A stretch of DNA of 64,000 nt from Nitrospirota bacterium (lineage in GTDB: Bacteria; Nitrospirota; UBA9217). The notes below the pieces were generated by a model. The model did not search any database. It was not told the DNA's origin and saw nothing but the letters and a program-made list of their open reading frames with translations. Within the stretch, counting starts at the first letter, position 1, and each line of letters begins with the position of its first letter. The DNA lies in the NCBI GenBank assembly GCA_963737155.1, contig CAVTRN010000002.1, forward strand, positions 2,720,001 to 2,784,000, given 5' to 3'. Shown here piece after piece: positions 1 through 9,137 of the stretch. The translations under genes were made by a program, and so were the position numbers.

Positions 1-2
1 GC

Positions 3-710
3 CGTCTCCTCTTTATGAATCTTCTGGTCAGTGCCTGCCGGTGACGTCATCCCTGCTTGGGCAGATAGAGTATTAGTCATATTGTTTGAATCCGACACAA
101 TTGTTTGAGTCACCTTCGGGGCTGTTTCGCCCACTTCTATTGCGGAAGATGCAACTGAGGGCCCATTTTCAGATCCGTTCACGGATCCATCCCCGGTGTT
201 GTCCGAAGACGAAGTGGAATCCGAATCAAGCTGCGAAGGCTGAGGAGCCATACTAGTGGCATTTGCAGATACAGTATAGATGCCTCCCGCCGTATCAGTC
301 TTTGTTTGGAAGTTCAAAACGATCTGAAGGATGCCATTTGCAACTGGCCGACTTATGCTGGCTACCAGGTTACCTGGCGAATCAGAATTTACCTGCGATA
401 GATTTCCTCCTGTTATCTGCATGGTGGGATTCTCTAGCAGCGAGGAATCGTAGGCAATCTCGATGTCCAAGGACTGCACGCCATTAACATTTTCTCCCAC
501 TAAAACAAAACTTCCATTACCATTCGGTAGGATGCTCATATTCACAGGATCGGCGAAGGAAAATGCCGGGCAGTTCATGGCAAACAGCAAACCTACTAAA
601 CACAATTTTATCAATCTGCGCCGTAAGACTTTCTTCTCGACAGCGCACGGATTTAACGCGGTACTCGCAAAACAGTCAAATACGTACTTCTTTGAAAAAT
701 AAGTATTCAT
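3..710 (-). CDS. Secreted protein with cohesin-like domain and Ser/Thr/Asp-rich linker (partial, runs off left edge)
   Basis: Not in ORF track. Hand translation is open from ATG 710 (AGGTGA RBS) to the window edge: MNTYFSKK...RRRLIKLCLVGLLFAMNCPAFSFADPV (signal-like)...GVQSLDIEIAYDSSLLENP (cohesin-like strand motif), then low-complexity S/T/D/G. Confidence 0.7.
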   Translation of the reverse strand, partial: MNTYFSKKYVFDCFASTALNPCAVEKKVLRRRLIKLCLVGLLFAMNCPAFSFADPVNMSILPNGNGSFVLVGENVNGVQSLDIEIAYDSSLLENPTMQITGGNLSQVNSDSPGNLVASISRPVANGILQIVLNFQTKTDTAGGIYTVSANATSMAPQPSQLDSDSTSSSDNTGDGSVNGSENGPSVASSAIEVGETAPKVTQTIVSDSNNMTNTLSAQAGMTSPAGTDQKIHKEET

Positions 711-1013
711 ATGCTCACCTATGCAAAATCATAAGCAAAGATAGTTAATATCACTCTGTCCAAAATAGGTTTTATCTTGGACAGCATTTTCATGACTGGC
801 CAGCAGCCCTACAAACAAGATTATTCCAAAACGTGAGAAAAGCAGCTATGAGCGGCCTTTCGAAAAGCCTCTGATAGGATAATCGGAGTAGTCTTCGAAT
901 TCTGGCGTCTTGATAGCATATAGCGCCCGCGACGTCGGGACTTACGGCTTTTCCACGGTCATCGTTAGGACCTTAAGGACACCCTTAGGAAAACCAAGGG
1001 ATGGACATATAAC

Positions 1014-1067
1014 TTTTTAACTGCATATTGTTACAGCTCTATGAAAAATAAGTGACAATTTCATGAA
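1014..1067 (-). promoter_or_regulatory. Pho-box-like array (4 half-sites) plus -10 element
   Basis: Minus strand TTCAT-N6-GTCAC-N6-TTCAT-N6-GTAAC (plus coords 1063, 1052, 1041, 1030), then TAAAAA 10 nt downstream; faces the gene at 710. Confidence 0.6.
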
Positions 1068-1169
1068 TTTTTAATCTCATCGCTCATGAGTCCGTTACAC
1101 CATTTTCAAGATAGCACCTGAAAACACATCCCGGAATAATGTTATCGGCCTGGTGAACACGCGGCTTGA

Positions 1170-1610
1170 GTAGATGGCTTTTTTTCTCTATCTCTACTGT
1201 TTGTTGTCAAAGTCCAACGTGAAGTCGATGCGTTCATGCCACCGAAGCTGACAATGATTGAGAGTCGATGATAAGCCTCACTTGGCCGTCTATCCTTCTG
1301 CGGAGTCCGCAATGCTCCGAAGCCAGTCCACGACGGAGTCCGGGGTGGGTTTCTCGTCGTGTTCCACAAGTTTTAAAGGGGGCCTTCCTGAATGAGTTTC
1401 CGGATGTCCAGATGGTGACCTTCACTTGTTGCAGAAGAATCAAACATCTACGAATGCAGACGCGCATTGCTCCCGACTTTATTGTCGGGACGAGGCACGT
1501 TGTTGTCAGCCAACGCGCGCAGGCCAAACACGGTGATTGAATAACCGAGTCGGACCGCCCCCTGGGCAAGGATAGTGTGTAAATCCCTCACCTTTTTTGT
1601 ATCGTGAAAC
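1170..1610 (-). mobile_element. Degraded IS1380-family transposase N-terminal remnant
   Basis: Across frameshifts and stops reads FNH..GLRALADNNVPRPDN..SAFVD..SEGHHLDIRKL..LKLVEHDEKPTPDSVVDWLRSIAD..LNH..DFTLDFD, matching recalled IS1380 motifs (P.PD..GDWLRR, YTLD.DA). Confidence 0.6.
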
Positions 1611-1630
1611 GAAAAAAAACGTTTAGCTCA

Positions 1631-2671
1631 TCATGATCCTACCTTGTTGGTTATTGCATTTGCTTGGTGGAGAATCATGAAAATAAACAACAGAAAAGGG
1701 AACACGTATTGACCGACAACGAGGAGTGTCAAATCCACCCTGCTGACGGCCGTAAAATTGAAGTAAGCTATCAAGACATTATCAATTCTGTGAAAAAGAT
1801 GGATAGCAAAAAGGAGCATCAGCCCGGCAATGAGTCCCTTGATTTTCATTGCCCATGACGTTGAACGAATGGCGAGAACAAGTGATGTAAAGGTAACAAT
1901 GCTGAAGGTTTCATAGTAGATAACGGTATCATGCGCCAGGCCTACGCGGTGATTAAATAGAGAAAAGGCCAGGACCATGAACCAATCCAAAAACCGGATG
2001 TACCAATGGTGGACTTTCATCCATACAAGAAACACACATCCTGATATGAGCACAAAGCGGGCAAAAAAAACCGCCGCTTTCATGGGCATGTTCTGTTTCG
2101 ACCCTTCCCTATCGATCCATTTCAGCCACAGGACGCAAACCAAAATTACCAAAAACACGGTGAATACCTGTCCCAGATACACATGAAACACATTAAATAA
2201 CCTCCGGTCGTATCGGCTGACCGTGAATGTAAGTGTAAGCCGGACTAGATTGCCAAGATACAATGCGGGGATGCCTATTGCAAGGCCTGCTGCCTTCTGG
2301 CGCACTGATGCAGGCTGGAAGATGACAAAACTGAGGAAGAGGCCTGTCGTGAAAAGTGGTGTGCACTCCGGGATTATCTTGAACGCCAATTTCCCTTCCG
2401 ATACTATGTCGTTATTAGCAGAAACAGGAATTCCAAACGCATTAAGGACCATGCCCAGGGTTGCGGCAATGTTCTCGTTGATTGGTTGCGTGAATGACGG
2501 CGGCAGTGCTTGAATGATGGCGTAGAATGCAATACAGAAAATGGTGAAAGCTGCGGCAATGCGAAAACGGCCCAATCGGACTATGTCCGATGTAAAGGGT
2601 CTGAATGCAGTTCCCTGTTCGGCGCCTGCCTGTTTTTTATCGCGTTGATATTTTGATTTATGTTTTGCCAT
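1631..2671 (-). CDS. xrtH: Exosortase H (IPTL-CTERM-specific) fused to an additional C-terminal membrane domain
   Basis: Exosortase Cys-Arg-His triad (IIPECTP, GNLVRL, FHVYLGQ) in a multi-TM protein; adjacent gene carries an IPTLxxWG-like tail. Confidence 0.8.
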   Translation of the reverse strand: MAKHKSKYQRDKKQAGAEQGTAFRPFTSDIVRLGRFRIAAAFTIFCIAFYAIIQALPPSFTQPINENIAATLGMVLNAFGIPVSANNDIVSEGKLAFKIIPECTPLFTTGLFLSFVIFQPASVRQKAAGLAIGIPALYLGNLVRLTLTFTVSRYDRRLFNVFHVYLGQVFTVFLVILVCVLWLKWIDREGSKQNMPMKAAVFFARFVLISGCVFLVWMKVHHWYIRFLDWFMVLAFSLFNHRVGLAHDTVIYYETFSIVTFTSLVLAIRSTSWAMKIKGLIAGLMLLFAIHLFHRIDNVLIAYFNFTAVSRVDLTLLVVGQYVFPFLLFIFMILHQANAITNKVGS

Positions 2672-2700
2672 GCTTTACTGTATCAGCAGCTTGTTCATCT

Positions 2701-5379
2701 TCATTGCTTCCTGCGTTTCCGCGATATATAGCCTCCCAATACTGCCGCTGTCGCTATTATCCCCCATATCCCGAGAGCCGGGGCCGCCTCCGCCTGGGCG
2801 AAGGTTGCCACGATTGCGTGGACTTCCGTAACGCTTGCGATTGTGTACGTGTAACTGCCGGTGCCCGTCGGTACAGCGTTTACGGCCGTACCATTGTCAG
2901 TCAGCCCCTCCAAAGTGAAGCTGATGGCCGGGTTGATAGTGAAGGTAACAGGTGAGCTGTATTCAATGACTGCGTTCGCCGGTGTTATGCTGCCATTGTT
3001 GCCGCTGCTGACGGAAGCGGTAACATCATAAGTGTTTAAAGCGAAGGTTGCGACTACCGTATGAGCAGCGGTGATATTTGTAATAGTGTAATTGCCGCTT
3101 ATGACGTCGGCGGTGACATTTGTGCCGTTATCAATCAGGGCGGCCAGGTGGTAACCGACGGCCGGAGTGATGGTTAAAACTGCATTGCCACCGGAAACGA
3201 CCATAGCAGTGCCCGGGGAAATGGCTCCGCCAATGCTATTTGTGACTGACGATGTTATACTAAATGTCTGGAGTATCGTGAGAGTTACTGTTGCAGTTTG
3301 CGTAATTCCGCCACCAATGCCGGTAACGGTAACGGGGAATGTGCCCGCAACGGACGATGCAACGGCATTGATCGTTAGAATGGAGCTGCCGGAACCCGGA
3401 GCCGAGATTGAGGCTGGGCTGAAAGACGCCGTCGCGCCCGACGGAAGTCCAGATGCAGAAAGCGTAACAGTATTGCTAAAATTGCCTGAGGTGGTCGAAC
3501 TTATGGTAGTTACGACCATTGAGCCCTGAGGAACAGACACAAAGACGGGCGAGACCGATAGGGCGAAGGCCGGGGTCCAGTTCGTCACAAGTGAGTTCGC
3601 GTCCACCGAGCCAAGTCCCGTAGCCTGGTCAAAGCCTGTTGTACAGGAATAGCCTGTCACACCAGGTACACTATTTCCGCCCGAGGTGATGTCATGGAAT
3701 ACCGAAACACCTCCTGCGCCGTATTGCGAATTGCCCAGCTGGTAAAATCGGGGATTGGCGTTTCCCTGTCGCTGTCCTGTATTCTGCACGATAAGCGCCA
3801 TGAGACCGGCAAAGGACGGTGAGGAAGCCGACGTTCCGCCTATGGCATAGAGTGCGCCCTGTGTCTCGACAAGATAAGCATCATGGACAGCCGAGCTCAG
3901 ACAAACGTCTGGTACGTCGCGCTTGCCGTCAACGGGGACGCCGGGTGAAATCTGCCAGGAAGGTTTGGCGTATAACGTTGAAGCACCTCCTCCCGTCGCC
4001 CACAGTCCGGAGCCGCCCGCCACATCGCCGCTTTCGTTCCAGGCCGTTTCGGGTATATAACTGATCGCCGAGGTGTATCCGCTCCCCCCATTTTTTGTAT
4101 TCCAATAGCTGCCGGACCCTTCATTGAATTCCGTCCCTCCCACCGCTACATTGTACGGTGTGGAAGCGAGACCATTGACCGCGCGATTTGAGCCCGTAGT
4201 GTCGGTGGGGGAATCGCAGTCCGCTGCACCGGCGTCGCCGGAAGAAACAAAGGAGGTAATGCCCTGCGAGGCGGCCTGTCGCCAAAGATTGTTGTAAAAA
4301 GTGTTTTCTGCTGATCCCAGATCCGATTCGCATGAGCCGAAACTTGTACTCATGACTGCGGCCAGATTGTTGTTCACTATATACTGGGCCGACAGGTCCA
4401 CGCCGTCCGTAGCGCCGGTAGATTTCGAAGTGACAAACAGAATCGCGGCATTTATTGCCACTGCTCCCGACCATTCGACATCAAGATCAGCTTCATTGTC
4501 TTCTGTCCCGCCGAGATCGCCGGGATCAGTTCCGTTCACAATCACCTGGGGAGGGTTTGCAGGCAGCCCCATGATGCTGCGGAAGGTCGTCCAGTCGGAA
4601 GTGGATGGGTGGGTGCGGCCCACAATCGCAATGCTTTGGCCACTGCCATTTATTCCTGAGCCATAAAGAGGATTAAGGTCATAGATGATCGCGAAATCAC
4701 TAGGTGATAAATAATGGATCGAGCCTGCGGTGTAATACGGAAGAATACTATCCTGAGTTGCCGAGCTCATGGCATGGTGCATCATCTTGCGCGGAAAGTT
4801 GTGCAGGGAGACAATACCCGCTACTAAATCCGAAAGCCCCCGCGGTATCGACGGGTCCTGAGCGTTCGCATGGTACATGTGTCCGTTGACATAATAGTTG
4901 TGTATTCGCGTATGAAATGCGCGCTCAACGTCGGCCACCGTTCCGGAGAAATTGACCCACGCGCCGCTTTTAGCAACTTCATTTATCATGAATCCATGGG
5001 ATGTGAGCCAGTCGGTTATAGAATGAATATCCTCGGACAAGGGCCCGAATCGTTTGTTAAATTCCTCTGGCGAAAGCCAGCGATGATATTTAGGGGAGGC
5101 CGGATTGTGCAACTCAGCCAGAATCTTGTTCAATTCGGACTGTTTCATAGCATTCAACTGTAACGTGAGAATCATACGCTCCATTGGCATTGATGCATCT
5201 GTTTCTCCCCTGTCGAATTCAGGACGGGCGAGCGGATGCACGTTTCCATGAAGGATTATGGCATCCCTATCATTGATGACACGAGGCGGATGAGCGGATG
5301 CATTTGACGCGGCAAATAGGATTGCCGAGCTCGCGAAAATTATACATGCGAAGAGAAAGCGTTTAACTTCGTATTTCAT
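2701..5379 (-). CDS. S53 (sedolisin/kumamolisin) peptidase with pro-domain, Ig-like/repeat domains and IPTL-CTERM-like sorting signal
   Basis: Signal peptide; pro-kumamolisin domain; EADLDVE, SSGDAG and GGTSASSP motifs; Thr-rich beta repeats; C-terminus APALGIWG-IIATAAVLGGYI-SRKRRKQ. Confidence 0.92.
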   Translation of the reverse strand: MKYEVKRFLFACIIFASSAILFAASNASAHPPRVINDRDAIILHGNVHPLARPEFDRGETDASMPMERMILTLQLNAMKQSELNKILAELHNPASPKYHRWLSPEEFNKRFGPLSEDIHSITDWLTSHGFMINEVAKSGAWVNFSGTVADVERAFHTRIHNYYVNGHMYHANAQDPSIPRGLSDLVAGIVSLHNFPRKMMHHAMSSATQDSILPYYTAGSIHYLSPSDFAIIYDLNPLYGSGINGSGQSIAIVGRTHPSTSDWTTFRSIMGLPANPPQVIVNGTDPGDLGGTEDNEADLDVEWSGAVAINAAILFVTSKSTGATDGVDLSAQYIVNNNLAAVMSTSFGSCESDLGSAENTFYNNLWRQAASQGITSFVSSGDAGAADCDSPTDTTGSNRAVNGLASTPYNVAVGGTEFNEGSGSYWNTKNGGSGYTSAISYIPETAWNESGDVAGGSGLWATGGGASTLYAKPSWQISPGVPVDGKRDVPDVCLSSAVHDAYLVETQGALYAIGGTSASSPSFAGLMALIVQNTGQRQGNANPRFYQLGNSQYGAGGVSVFHDITSGGNSVPGVTGYSCTTGFDQATGLGSVDANSLVTNWTPAFALSVSPVFVSVPQGSMVVTTISSTTSGNFSNTVTLSASGLPSGATASFSPASISAPGSGSSILTINAVASSVAGTFPVTVTGIGGGITQTATVTLTILQTFSITSSVTNSIGGAISPGTAMVVSGGNAVLTITPAVGYHLAALIDNGTNVTADVISGNYTITNITAAHTVVATFALNTYDVTASVSSGNNGSITPANAVIEYSSPVTFTINPAISFTLEGLTDNGTAVNAVPTGTGSYTYTIASVTEVHAIVATFAQAEAAPALGIWGIIATAAVLGGYISRKRRKQ

Positions 5380-5926
5380 CTTTTTCCTCTACATCTGAGA
5401 CTTCTGCTGAGCATCGTAAAGAACGCCCCGCAAATCCTTTTTTTCATGATATAATCCACGCTTGGGCATTGAGCTCGAAACGCGGTCTTTCCGAGGTCCA
5501 TCGCAGCGTAAACCATTCGCGGTATCGCCAATGGTGTCGCCTCCGATATATATATTCCTCAGCAGCACTGTCGATGTCATCCAAATATCCCCAAGGCCGG
5601 AACCGATTTCCGCCGACGATATGGCGGAAATCCACATCGTTCTTGCGTTGCATTCCTCTAAAATCGAGCCTCTGATCGCAGCAATCACGGTATAGATTCC
5701 CGCATCGAACGGACCTGTAAGCCGAGCCATTGGAGGTAAAAAAGGTCGTCAAATCTGGCTGCATTTGTGGTCGCCACCACGTTCTTGAGAGACCCGTTGC
5801 ACATGAAGCACGGGTTCCATGTCTCTGACAAAAAACCAGAAAAAAACTCTCCGGTTTCTGTCCGGGTTTTCCGTGTCCTCAACGGGGCCGGCAAAGCCCA
5901 TGTCAGTCTATTCATTCGTGCTACCC

Positions 5927-5980
5927 ATTAAACGATATATTCGTTGCAATAGTATGAAAATTTCATGAATTTATCGTTAA
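5927..5980 (-). promoter_or_regulatory. Pho-box-like array (4 half-sites) plus -10 element
   Basis: Minus strand TTAAC-N6-TTCAT-N6-TTCAT-N6-GCAAC (plus coords 5976, 5965, 5954, 5943), then TTTAAT 10 nt downstream; faces the protease-xrtH operon. Confidence 0.55.
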
Positions 5981-6270
5981 AAATATTGACGTCAAACTTT
6001 ATTTAGCTTTCTTCCATATTCAGCTTCCATGACACTTACTACCCATTGACAGTCATAACCATTTGAAATTGCAAAACCCAAGCAATTCCCGCGTGAAAAC
6101 CGACGAGTTTGGCAGTATTACAGTTTTTCTTTAACAAGCCGCTGAAAAAATGTTTCTCGTAAGCTGAAAAATCTGCGCTTCAAAAAAATAAAACTTAGAT
6201 AACACGGCAGCAGCACTCTTAAAGATGCCTTATAGACACGATTAAGTTTTTTTATATCGTCCGCCCCGAC

Positions 6271-6324
6271 TTCATTAAGATGTAACGAAATCGTCATATT
6301 TATGTAACAGTCCCGCATTATAGT
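6271..6324 (+). promoter_or_regulatory. Pho-box array (4 half-sites) plus -10 element
   Basis: TTCAT(6271), GTAAC(6282), GTCAT(6293), GTAAC(6304), then TATAGT at 6319; very similar to the array upstream of pstS. Confidence 0.75.
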
Positions 6325-6362
6325 TCCCGTCATGGCAAAAGCACATAACCGAAGGACTAAGG

Positions 6363-7490
6363 ATGGCAATAGAACGTATTCTAATCGTTGATGACGAACA
6401 GGATGTTGTGGATCTCCTGCGATACAATCTTGAAAAAGCTGGTTACGATACTGTCGCCGCGCTGAGCGGCGAGGAGGCCATAGAAGCCGTACAGTCCTAT
6501 GCGCCAGACGTGATACTTCTAGATATCATGCTCCCGGACATCAGCGGATGGGAGATATGCAAAACCCTGAGAGAAAGCTCGACTGGCAAGGCCCTCCCGA
6601 TTATCATGCTCACGGCCCTTTCCGACGAAGAGGCGCGAATCAAAGGACTCACGCTGGGCGCGAATGACTACCTCGCCAAACCATTTTCACTCGGGGAACT
6701 CCAACTCAAGATTCGGAAATGTCTTGACCAGCAGCAAATGATCAAAACATTAATCGCCAGAGAGCAGGACCATGATACTTCGCTAAGCTACCTCGTCCAC
6801 GAACTGAAAAATTCCCTTTCCATTATTGGAAACTTTTCAGCGCTCGCACTCAGGAAGGACGAAGACACAAAAAAATACCTGAAGACGATTAATGTCGCCT
6901 CTGTTCACGCGGAAAACCTTCTCAACGACACGTCGCTGCTCGCCAGGCTTGAAAAGGAAGGGGCCGCATTCCAAATCGCGCCGATCGATATTTCAGCGGT
7001 CTGCGACGAAGTGGCCGACATGTTCTGCGATGAGGCAAAAAAACGTGAGGTCGGCATCGAAATCATTAACGAGACCCGGTTTATGGTCAAGGGTCACAGA
7101 ACAGCCGTGCGCCAGGTGCTTGTTAACCTCATTTCCAATGCTGTCAAGTACAACCGGCGCGGCGGCAAGGTCTGGATATCCTTCGACGATACGGGCCCCT
7201 GTCTTCAAATCTCGGTTCAGGACGAAGGATGCGGAATATCCCACGAAGAACTCCCCTTCATTTTCGATAAATTCTACCGTGCGGCAGGAAGTGAACGGAT
7301 AAAAGGAGCAGGACTCGGCCTCTATATCGCCAAACTCATAGCGCAGGCCATGGCCGGGGAAATCACGGTCTCCAGCACTATCGGTGTCGGAAGTGTCTTT
7401 ACCGCAACATTCGAACGATACGGCGCAGAGAACTGCGAACAGGGAAACACCGTCACAAGCGAGGCCGTCCGGTCGGCAGGACACAAATAG
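6363..7490 (+). CDS. Hybrid histidine kinase: PhoB-like receiver plus HisKA/HATPase
   Basis: ILIVDDE..YNLEKAGY..LLDIMLP..DYLAKPF receiver; LVHELKN H-box, NLISNAVKY, DEGCGI, GAGLGL; no TM segment, no DNA-binding domain. Confidence 0.9.
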   Translation: MAIERILIVDDEQDVVDLLRYNLEKAGYDTVAALSGEEAIEAVQSYAPDVILLDIMLPDISGWEICKTLRESSTGKALPIIMLTALSDEEARIKGLTLGANDYLAKPFSLGELQLKIRKCLDQQQMIKTLIAREQDHDTSLSYLVHELKNSLSIIGNFSALALRKDEDTKKYLKTINVASVHAENLLNDTSLLARLEKEGAAFQIAPIDISAVCDEVADMFCDEAKKREVGIEIINETRFMVKGHRTAVRQVLVNLISNAVKYNRRGGKVWISFDDTGPCLQISVQDEGCGISHEELPFIFDKFYRAAGSERIKGAGLGLYIAKLIAQAMAGEITVSSTIGVGSVFTATFERYGAENCEQGNTVTSEAVRSAGHK

Positions 7491-7492
7491 GA

Positions 7493-8731
7493 ATGCTCTC
7501 AACAAATCCCGCAATAGATACGGACATCAAAAACTTTTTTCTGCAAAACGATTCCCCGCTGGTCGGTACGCTTATCGAGTCCATCCGGACCGTGCCAACG
7601 ACGATGCGTATAAGGGACGTCGCCGATCTGTTTTTTCAATCATCCAAGCTCGACTCCCTGGCGATTGTAGAGGGAAATGAACCAGTAGCGCTTCTCGCAA
7701 GGCTCAAATTCATGTGCAAGCTTTTTCACAGATCCGGATTCGAGGTGCTCGGAAAGCATCCCGTCATATCACTCGCCGACACGAATCCACTGATTATTGA
7801 AGAAAGCGAACGGCTAGATGTGACGATCGATATGGCATTGAGGCGAGATTCCTCCATGGTCTTTGACGAAATCATCGTCGTAGACCAGAATGGCTGTTTT
7901 AAAGGCCTCCTTTCGGTCAGGCAGCTTATAATCCAGCAGTGCTCCTCGTTGGCTAACCACATGGTGATCAAGGAAATCGCAAGCAAGCGGACTTGCGAAT
8001 TTGAAAATATCGGTGCGATAAAATCGCAGTTTATCGCACACGTCACCCGCGATCTCCGCTCTCCAGTCGATGCCGTCATCAGACTTGCCGAACTCCTGAT
8101 AATAGAGGGGAACAAGGGTGCCATCGAGCAGATCAGGGAGCTTCTCTCATTGATGATGTCCAGCGCCTCTGACATCCGGGCAATCATCACCAGCATTCTC
8201 GATCTATCGAGGATCGAAGCGGGCAATATGGAAGTCACGAAGCAGGATGTGGACATATCGGCGCTTGTCGCTGAAACGGCGGAAACTGCACGAGCTCTCG
8301 TCGGGAACAAGCCGGTAATCGTCGAGGTCACGGTCCCCATCGCGCCAGTAATGCTCACAACAGACGCGGTCAAGCTGCGCCAGATTGTCATGAACCTCGC
8401 GAGTAATGCGGTGAAATTCACCAGCACCGGCAAGGTCTCCCTGACACTCGGCATTATCGGCAGCAGTCTTGAAATCGCGGTCGGCGATACCGGCATCGGC
8501 ATCAAGAAGGAATGTCTAAACGAGTTGTTCAGCGCCCTCAGCCGAATAGAAGATGCCGATGCAAAAATCGGCCAAAGACCGGGGCTTGGCCTGGCGGTCA
8601 GTAAATATCTCATTGAGCTTCTCGGCGGCACGATCTCGGTGATAAGTGCATTTGGCGCAGGAACAACCTTCGCTGTATCTCTGCCGCTGCAGCTTGGGGA
8701 GCGGAGTGGAGGGCTCTACAATGCGGAATAG
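7493..8731 (+). CDS. CBS-pair domain histidine kinase-like protein lacking the phospho-acceptor His
   Basis: N-terminal CBS pair; KSQFIAHVTRDLRSP (H-box His replaced by Arg); NLASNAVKFT, DTGIGI, RPGLGL. Confidence 0.85.
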   Translation: MLSTNPAIDTDIKNFFLQNDSPLVGTLIESIRTVPTTMRIRDVADLFFQSSKLDSLAIVEGNEPVALLARLKFMCKLFHRSGFEVLGKHPVISLADTNPLIIEESERLDVTIDMALRRDSSMVFDEIIVVDQNGCFKGLLSVRQLIIQQCSSLANHMVIKEIASKRTCEFENIGAIKSQFIAHVTRDLRSPVDAVIRLAELLIIEGNKGAIEQIRELLSLMMSSASDIRAIITSILDLSRIEAGNMEVTKQDVDISALVAETAETARALVGNKPVIVEVTVPIAPVMLTTDAVKLRQIVMNLASNAVKFTSTGKVSLTLGIIGSSLEIAVGDTGIGIKKECLNELFSALSRIEDADAKIGQRPGLGLAVSKYLIELLGGTISVISAFGAGTTFAVSLPLQLGERSGGLYNAE

Positions 8732-9110
8732 GGAAAAGGTCCTGGTTGTCGATAAGAACGAAGTACACCTTGACAGGGCTAGAAATCTCCTTGAAAGCGA
8801 CGAAATAGAGGTTGTGACCCATACGGGCGCCTTCGGGGTAACCAGCCGCGTAAGAGTGATGCAGCCAGACCTAATTCTTCTTGGCATCAACGTACCTCCC
8901 CTCTCCGACGATAACCTCGCTTCTCTGCTTCACAATTGCTGTGATTCCAATCGTATTCCGGTCATCTTTCAATCATCCGATGACGAGGGTAGCATGGTGG
9001 AAAGCGTGAAGATTCATAGCGTTCAGGGCTATATCTGTAAAGGGGACCCTGCTGACCTCCGGATCAAAGTCAAAATGGTTCTCAACAAGCAGTCAAAGGT
9101 ATATATATAG
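8721..9110 (+). CDS. Single-domain pseudo-receiver (phospho-Asp replaced by Gly)
   Basis: GGAGG RBS, ATG 8721; VLVVDKN...PDLILLGINVP...GYICKG; paralog of the next gene. Confidence 0.8.
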   Translation: MRNREKVLVVDKNEVHLDRARNLLESDEIEVVTHTGAFGVTSRVRVMQPDLILLGINVPPLSDDNLASLLHNCCDSNRIPVIFQSSDDEGSMVESVKIHSVQGYICKGDPADLRIKVKMVLNKQSKVYI

Positions 9111-9137
9111 TGAAGTTCGTGCAGGAGAGGACCATTG

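Noticed and set aside
1142-1569. Short ORFs listed in the track
   Set aside because: Better explained as pieces of a frameshifted IS1380 remnant.
5389-5915. Three overlapping minus-strand ORFs as real genes
   Set aside because: No recognisable domain or convincing RBS; treated as leader or decayed DNA.
7726-8631. 301-aa ORF on the minus strand
   Set aside because: Antisense shadow of the CBS kinase.
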